Assembly (NCBI RefSeq): GCF_964204645.1
Contig: NC_134025.1
Span: forward strand, 4,092,001 to 4,156,000
Origin: Tubulanus polymorphus
Lineage: Eukaryota; Animalia; Nemertea
Direction: 5' to 3'
Length of the DNA stretch: 64,000 bases
Numbering within the stretch: the first letter of the stretch is position 1; the number at the start of each line of letters is the position of its first letter. A model generated the notes under the pieces. It ran no database searches. It worked only from the letters and a program-made list of their open reading frames with translations, and had not been told where the DNA came from. This document shows, piece by piece, positions 56,001-64,000 of this stretch. A program made the position numbers and the translations under genes.

Positions 56001-59000
56001 TTATATCCGCGATAACTTCATATGCAGCTGAGTTCCATTCCTGAGGCGTCTCAATCACTCACCCGGTTGCGATGGTTAAGAATTACTTGTAGAAACACAT
56101 TGCGCATGTTCACATGTTTTTAAATATAACTGAATTAACCCAATACGACAAAGACGAAAACTAATAAATTCATATACTAATGCGAGTCTTATGCGAGACA
56201 GTAATTTTTCAGACATTAATTGTATCCCTAGGGTTATAAGTAATATCACGAAAAGAGGATGTGCGTCCATTAAGAGCTAAGTACACAATTAAAGGCACGC
56301 AGTCCTTCGATTAGAAAAAACGAACTAGTCTGCGTATCTCGCTCTAAGAAGATGTTAACTGCATGGCATGATAGCGTCGTTCATCAAACACTACCTGTAT
56401 ACAAGTTACCATGACGATGCAACTTTTTCACAGTCCTATAAGCTAATGAAATTAAATAGTTATGTCCTTAACTCTTTGAAAGAGTTCTTTACCCCCCAGG
56501 TCTAGACCTTATGCACAGTCCAATCTGAACTGGCGAAGATAAATGATACTTCGCCTTATTAAATCACATCTCTTGGCATAAAGAAAAGCGTCGTAGCCAT
56601 AAATCGTTTAGGTATATTAATTGAATACTCATAATTCATTCTAATCTGGAATAGTTTCGACTTATTGGACGTTGAGACATATTCGCACAATGTTCGGAAT
56701 TAACGACTTCTTAAAGTATTCTTGGTTGTTCGTGACTTTTGATGAAAAATAAATCCATTAATTCGTAACTCATTTATCGTCGAAAACTATCATTATTAGT
56801 TTTATATTGATACTAAAACCGGGAATAAGCATCAAAGAGCATTGGGGGAAAAATGGGATCAAATGATTTCATAAAAAAAAAACATCTGCAGTGATATTTT
56901 TAATGATGAAGAATGCATAATTCTGATGATATATGAGACAAATAGTAAATATGGATTCAATTAATTCGCTGAAAGGGATTATTCTTATGATTTATATCAT
57001 AGTGATTAGTACCATATTGCAGATCGAAAAACGATCATATTTTACAGATAAACTCTATACCGGAATACATACTGTTATATAAAAACTGAATATATGGGCA
57101 AAGCTTTTCCTGAATTATTCGATTAATTTCTACCTCGATGCGCTGAACACAGGCCGACGATTATGATTGCTTTCTCATTTTTCCAGGTATAGATTTTCTC
57201 GTAGTACAGTATGTGCAAAGATTCTTCGCTATTTGAGAAAATACCCAACGAAATCTTTGACTAGCTCATGTATCCAAATTATGTTCGTGGCAAAGATCTG
57301 GTGAAAATCTTCAATTAGATTTCCCATTTTTCTCGATTTCTCGTTTCAATATCAATCTAAAGGTCAGTATGTGGGAAGGAAATTGCTTATTTCGATAGCG
57401 GCGAAATCGTGCAGGAAACACGAAGTTTCATCACCTGATCGAGGCAGCTGCAAGACAAATACACAGAGAACTAGAGATTCACTGAAAAGAAAAAAAGCAA
57501 ATGAAATATTCATGAATCTGTCACCCGAAAAAAAAACTGAAATCTACCTGCAGGAATTCGTAATGATGAATACTATTGTCTAAACTATTGCGATGATCGA
57601 GAAGGATAAGTAAGTCTTCGACGGTATCTTATGACACTTTTGTGACGCCCACAGAACTTCAGTTTCATATCGACAGTGGTTAATTTTGTTCCTGGAGGCG
57701 TTTTGAAAATTCCTTTGTATTGTAAACATCAAAGCTGCTGGTTGAACGCGTGACTATATATTAAAATTTGATATGATGTCAACAACATACGCGATATTTT
57801 ATCGTAACGGAAACGCACGTCTTGTCCCTGCAGCCTTTAGAAATACATTTGTTTCCATTTCTTTGAACAGGGATATCACGTTGCTGATACAATCTTAAGG
57901 AGCTTTTGCTAAATGACAGCCTAAAAGCTTTCCGCGTACTGTGTTACACCGAAAAACATATACCATTGTCTAGGTTCGCCTTGCAGAGATTACTATGAAC
58001 TATCTTGTTATTTTCCCCATTACATTTGATGACCGAGGCCGCCATTCAGAACGTCCGCTGCTCTATATGGAAATATCACTTATCACATTCAAGTAATAGA
58101 ATACGTCACATCTCATGCACTGTTATTTACCGATAATCGATTGTTACTACGAGCTTTAAGGCATAAAACTGTGGATTACCATCGGGGGGATAAAAATTGA
58201 ATTATTTCCTTGAAATTATTACCTCACAGAAATGAATCAGCCAAGTTGTTAATGATACACTAAGGTATATCGTCTCATTTTTCTGCTCTGCTATATCATA
58301 CACTTTATATTCACTTAAATAAAAGATTAAGTTTATTTTACTCCTTGTGTTCACTGATATTCGTGAACATGAAAACATGATGAGTTCTTATCAAGGGTAG
58401 GGATGAATAGTGTACTTTTATATTTGGTCAATAGACTTGATCACACAAATCGGAATCCAATTAGATGTCAATTTCCCATCGGTAATGACAAACCCTAGTC
58501 GTCGCACTCATGTGGCAAAGTTAACGCCATTTCATGCACTCTCAGGTAGTCATTATCTGTCAGAAATGTAATGTTGCGAGCAGTAACATCAAACCCGAAG
58601 CGCATTAAGACCGATGGAAGATAATTCCATAGCTCACGATATGGACCCCTGTAGCCTACGGTGCAAATACTTCCGCGCTTACCGAGATATGTATATGATC
58701 CCGCAATTACAGCGGATTACAGCAGACATCGACAAACTGTAATCACAGGCTGAGGTCTGATTATTTCAACAATATCTTACAGCTACAGGCATGGTATAAA
58801 TACTTTCATTTCGATACAACTTTAAATATTGTAGAAATTTGAAACATAATCGAAGACGCCTACTAGCCATATTCTCACATATACATATCGCATCAACCAT
58901 GAAATATTGAAACTAAATCGATGCCAGAGGATTTCTGAAAATAATCAGATTAGATAGGAATGAAACAAATGGAAAGAAAATGACTTTTTGTGTAAGAAAC

Positions 59001-62000
59001 GATTGTTTACTGAAAATAAATTTTGCGATGGCTTTTCCAAGTTTCAATATTCATACTTTTCGCTGAAGCAGTTACGCGTTACGCAATGATGAATGATAGA
59101 TGATAGGATGATATCTATAATTGTTCTCTTCACTAGAACTCATATTTATCATTATTTCGTCGAGGGAAAAACATTCGATCCATCATGTTATTCGACGTTA
59201 AGAGTTCGTCGAACCATTCATTAGTATAACTGATATTACTCACGATGAGACAAGTGAGTTTACCTGAGTGTCGTTTATCAAAGCTCGCCCTGCTGTCACT
59301 GCTGAACTGCAGGTGTTCGATGATTTTTGGGAGGTTTCCAAAACGACGCTCGACTGTGATTCTACTCGTGAGTGAGCCGGTGGACTGAGTTCTATCTACG
59401 CAAGGTTACACTCGTGACGTAAAGATTCATCCCCGTTCGGATCGGTAAACCTTTTATCACGTCAATTAGATTTTATGAATCTCTCGTTGCCTCGAAGTGC
59501 CGTACATTCTTTTCTCATCAATGTTGCCTTTTGTTACGACGACCGTATAAGACGTTCAAAATAAACTCTGAGCAATAGATTTAACTCACAGTATACCAAC
59601 TTCATCGAAACGCATGATTAATTAGTTTGATTAATCGTCGGCTTAAGATACCTTAAAGAGATCTGTCAGAAAAAACTTTGCAAATTGATTCAGAATCCAG
59701 GGACCGTTTCTCAGGTACTATGTTTAATCCCACAGGGAACAATTCAAATTTCAATATTATTCCGTGACTCTTGAATGGCATTTACGTAGTTATAGCTACA
59801 GGCTATCTATAAATCCGACTCCAGTTCATTTTTGTACTTCAATTCCACCCAGTCGTTATGATAGCTTAGCAGCAATTCAGAACCACCGTCAATTGTATGC
59901 TTTATTACTGACAGGAGTACCTGATCGTAACTGCTAGGATTTTTGCTTGTTTGTTTATGGATTGGCCTGTCGCTAAGACTCGGTCAATAAGAAATAATGA
60001 ATATGAAAGCGAATCTAGAACGATTAATGGTGGAAAAACAAGTCGATTTGATAATTGCGACACGATTTTGCCATCGTGTTGCGGTATTATGCTAGAAAAC
60101 TGCATCTCATTTAGCTTAAAAGAGAGAACCGTCATCGTCTTCGCGTTGTGCGTATTGATGCTAGCGAGTAATTCATTTATTTTGCCATGGTCGAATTTAT
60201 CCGAACTGACTGTATCACAATAGTGCTGCAAATCGATCGATCAATCTGCGCGTATCTCGATACATAGACTGTTTCGTGCTGATCGAATTCCCGGTTATGA
60301 TCAAACTGTCTTATTCGAGAAGATTTCGAGTATAGACTTTATCCCATGCGAATACAGAACGTATCTCCAGAAAACATGCCCTAAATCATCCGCGGTAATC
60401 TCCGAATCATAATCGAGAAGTGCCGAAAAAGTATGTGAGTTAGGGTATATCTGTCTTATATCGTGTTTCGTTTTTTTTTCTGGTTGATAATTAATAACAT
60501 GATCAGAAGCCATTAGAAAAACATACAAATATTAACTTTCTACGTATATTTTCAAAATTCACCTCATTTTCAATAACTTCAACTCAACGGAACTCATATT
60601 TTCATAAACCCCGCACTTACAAACGTTCGAAAGTACTGAAAACATCAGAAAATATACGAAAGTATACACGAAAAAATTCACTTTTACCGGCAATGATAAA
60701 TATACCTAAAACGTTTTATCTTCTCTTTAATTCTGAAAACGTAATTCATATCAATACATTTAGTGTAAATTCAAATCGATCAAAAATATTCAACATCGTT
60801 GAATAATTAGAATGAAACATTATTTCGTGAACTGTTTACTACAACATTCCAGCGCGCCGTGGTAAAGACGAAATTACTCACCGTCGATTTTATCATTATT
60901 CCGTGACAATTTGTATCCGTTTTAAGATTAGAATGTCTCCAGTATCGTTGACGATGAAAAGGGCGCTCAACTGTTTCAACGGCAGTGTATCATGCATAAC
61001 TGGCGGAAGCTCTCGGTCGGTGATGAATAAACGCGCCCTCTCCTGTTGATTTTCCCGTCTGGCGCTTATCTTCGATCCGTGTGTGAAAACTAAAACTGCG
61101 TTTTGGGTCGTGTTGCTTAATCTGTCTACCAGATAATATTCTCTTAAGCATGGATTTTTGATTGTTGAATAAAGCGGCTAATAAAAAATATATTATCGGT
61201 AAACACTTTTAATGAACTATACAGGTCATGGTACTTCTCGGCTTAAATGAATTGTAACCGTCAATGCTAAAGATTGGTTTTAATAGCCTTAATGAACTGT
61301 TTCTCAAGATATCGCAGTAGCTTCAAATTGCTATGATACACGCAATACAACAATTTCATCCAATCGCCATTTTGACTTTTGAAATTTATCACCATGCTAA
61401 TGTCGCATTGCAAAATGAAAGAAAAAAAGATAGTAGTACCATACCCACAAATGTATCCCCAGGTGTGCGAAAATAATGAGCCAGATGGACCCAGCTGTAC
61501 GTAATGTTTTCTTCTTACGCCTAATTCCTAGTGTCCAGGTTTACTTAATTATCTTTTGGAAGAGCAACAAATGAATCAAGATATACACACATTGAGCATC
61601 TTGACATAATCATGTTTGGTTTATGCGGTATCTTCACAACCGCAGCCTTTTTCGGGCACTGATCTGACAACATATCAGATGATTGCATGCATTTATACGT
61701 GGTCACGTACCATCCTGTTCACGTACGTATGTCTAAGTTAATTACATCCGAGCTACACTTCTTTTCCATTCGGCGCTTTTATAACACCGATGATTACCTT
61801 TATAGGTGATTAAGAATGCTCTGATTAGGCTTCACATGCCATGGCCGGAACGAAACGACATGCGACCATATCAGCCAGTGCCAGAAAATACTTAAGAAAC
61901 GACATATGTATATCCCGCCACAAATTTCCATCGGGGTTCATGCGATGTAATTACATCACGCATTTTCCTGATGGCAAAGCATTGTTTTTTAGCCCATTAA

Positions 62001-62749
62001 CTACTCATTTGTAAATAACTAATCGATGAAATTTCACAGTAAGATCAAATAAAGCACTAGACCACTAGACAATGACTCTAGCTGTGTAGGCCTACAGTTC
62101 AATAATTCATAAGGATCTCATTAACCAGTTTTTGTATAGCAAAGCAGATACATTGAAGGACCTCGGATGAGGAATATATAAAACATTTATCACAGTCGGG
62201 AAGATTGACAACTGAGATTGATTGTCGGTAATTTACAACCTTGGTCTTATCCTGCTAAAACCTGACTCATTTATACTTAATCTACATATATTTTCACAAG
62301 ATGTGCGTTGCATTCGATTGTTCTATAATGTTTCTAAAATATACGAGTTGTGTGACAGATGTTTATGAATTCCCTCTTCGTGTCTGTTCTAAACTATTAC
62401 ACGTATTTCCTCTTGAATGACAGTAAAATATGTCGCATCTTGCGCGAACATCTTTTTGTTAATAGCTTGTTTGTTGGAACTGAAATTTTGTCGAAATTTT
62501 TATCGAATTCTTTTAAAATCAAAAAGATAAATCGAAAAAGCACTTTTGTACCATGCAAATACTTATACTGTGTTTTTTGTTTAATACCCACAGGCCTACG
62601 AATACAGTAATTCGACCAAAAATATTTTCCCTGAAGACAAAGTCTTTTACAATCAATTTGTTTTACATATGCATGTATATGCCAGATTATGTATAATTCG
62701 AGCTTATTTAAGAAAAAAGAAAATGTCGAAACTGTTACAGACAACTCAC

Positions 62750-62830
62750 CTTTAAATAAATTCAGTAATCAAGCGCTTATAAACCATTCGCTTGTAGTTA
62801 ACGCATACACACACATGCACCACACTTAGG
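62750..62830 (-). other. Candidate non-coding exon on the minus strand
   Basis: Acceptor ttattttccag and donor AAG|gtgagt flank an ~81-nt segment. Confidence 0.4.
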
Positions 62831-64000
62831 CTGGAAAATAAATCAAACTTTTCGATTGCAAATGCATTAGCAGAATGTATCCATTAATTCATTAACGTGT
62901 GGTCCTTCGTCGTAAAATCAACTGTGTACATTTTATATTCATCACACTCAACTATCCCTCATCGGTTTTGTTATATTACCTCATCATTATAGGGAAATAT
63001 TTGGTAGGGAGCACATATGTTCATAACGTGATACTCAATACCTTTCGTCAATAATACGATGTTCAATGTTGTTTTAAAAAACTGACGACTATAGAAAAAA
63101 ATGTATGTATATTGATCTTTTGAACGTTCGTGACGAGGATCTAATAATTCATTTATTTTCTTATTGACGATTTTCATTTTTAGAACGAAAAAGCATCGCA
63201 CATGAAAATGAAGTTAGTTTCTAAGCGACAATTTGAATAACACGAAGCTCCTACTGGGATATCGTAACAGGATAACGAATTGCAGAAACACGAATGCAAT
63301 AGAATACGCTAATACGCTTATATGCTGAACATTTTGCTATAGGAATACAATTTTTTTTTATATATATATCCACTACTGTATGCTAGATCTCGGATTACAT
63401 GTATACGTTTGTACATTCTGACATGTATATATAAACCATTAAAAATAATCGTCTTTAGCGCCAAAATATATGAACAATTTAAGTTCCGAATTATTCATGA
63501 AGATCTTGTCTGTAAGTATACATGTTGTCGCATAAGTTGTGGACGTGTAAGAATCCACAGTTGAATGCGTTCTCAACGTCTCCTGAGTAGAATTAGCTGT
63601 ACATTCATTTTTAGTGAAGCGGGTGATTATTGAGAGTGTTGCTGTTTTCTTGTAACATTTTGTGAACGACAGCTTTTATCAGAAAAATGGCCCGGAAATT
63701 GTACGTGATTAACAACACTAATTACGATTTTTACGGCGCGAACTACGGGTCTAAGAGTGATCAAATCGGACGCTGTTCTGTCCTGTAAATACGGTAATGT
63801 TAACAGCTTTAGTGTCGTACGAGATCAAAATTAACAAATAACAAATCACCGGCCCCGTTTGTCATGCTATGAGTGATAACACGTCAGTCAGCTAATGTCA
63901 TCAGATATATCCCTCCAGTCTATAATGTATCTCGCTATAATGAAAGATGTATAATTGGGTTGGATGGTTTCACAAAACGAAGACTTATTACTTTATTTTC

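Noticed and set aside
50282-63201. Numerous 60-115 aa ORFs in the right-hand region
   Set aside because: No recognisable domains, many non-ATG starts and a composition typical of random AT-rich frames.

Overview
AT-rich eukaryotic DNA from a gene-dense animal genome with mostly short GT-AG introns. The gene content suggests a marine invertebrate, possibly a lophotrochozoan; this is inference. Left to right: the 3' exon of an uncharacterised gene; a CD20/MS4A-like tetraspan protein; a large secreted PAN-EGF-VWD-C8-TIL-FN2 protein built from three ~3 kb intragenic tandem units, with two candidate signal-peptide first exons; a secreted HExxH metallopeptidase of apparent anthrax-lethal-factor/PPEP type fused to two ShKT domains; an eclosion-hormone-like precursor; a small coiled-coil ORF; CSKMT; ACP7; an SLC3A heavy chain; ACTR2; EXOC5; an otopetrin; and an N-acylated globin followed by ~14 kb of non-coding DNA. 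Introns carry MITE-like inverted repeats and two degenerate hammerhead-like motifs, and an unexplained GC-rich structured element sits upstream of EXOC5. Exon boundaries were read by eye and no database searches were run.
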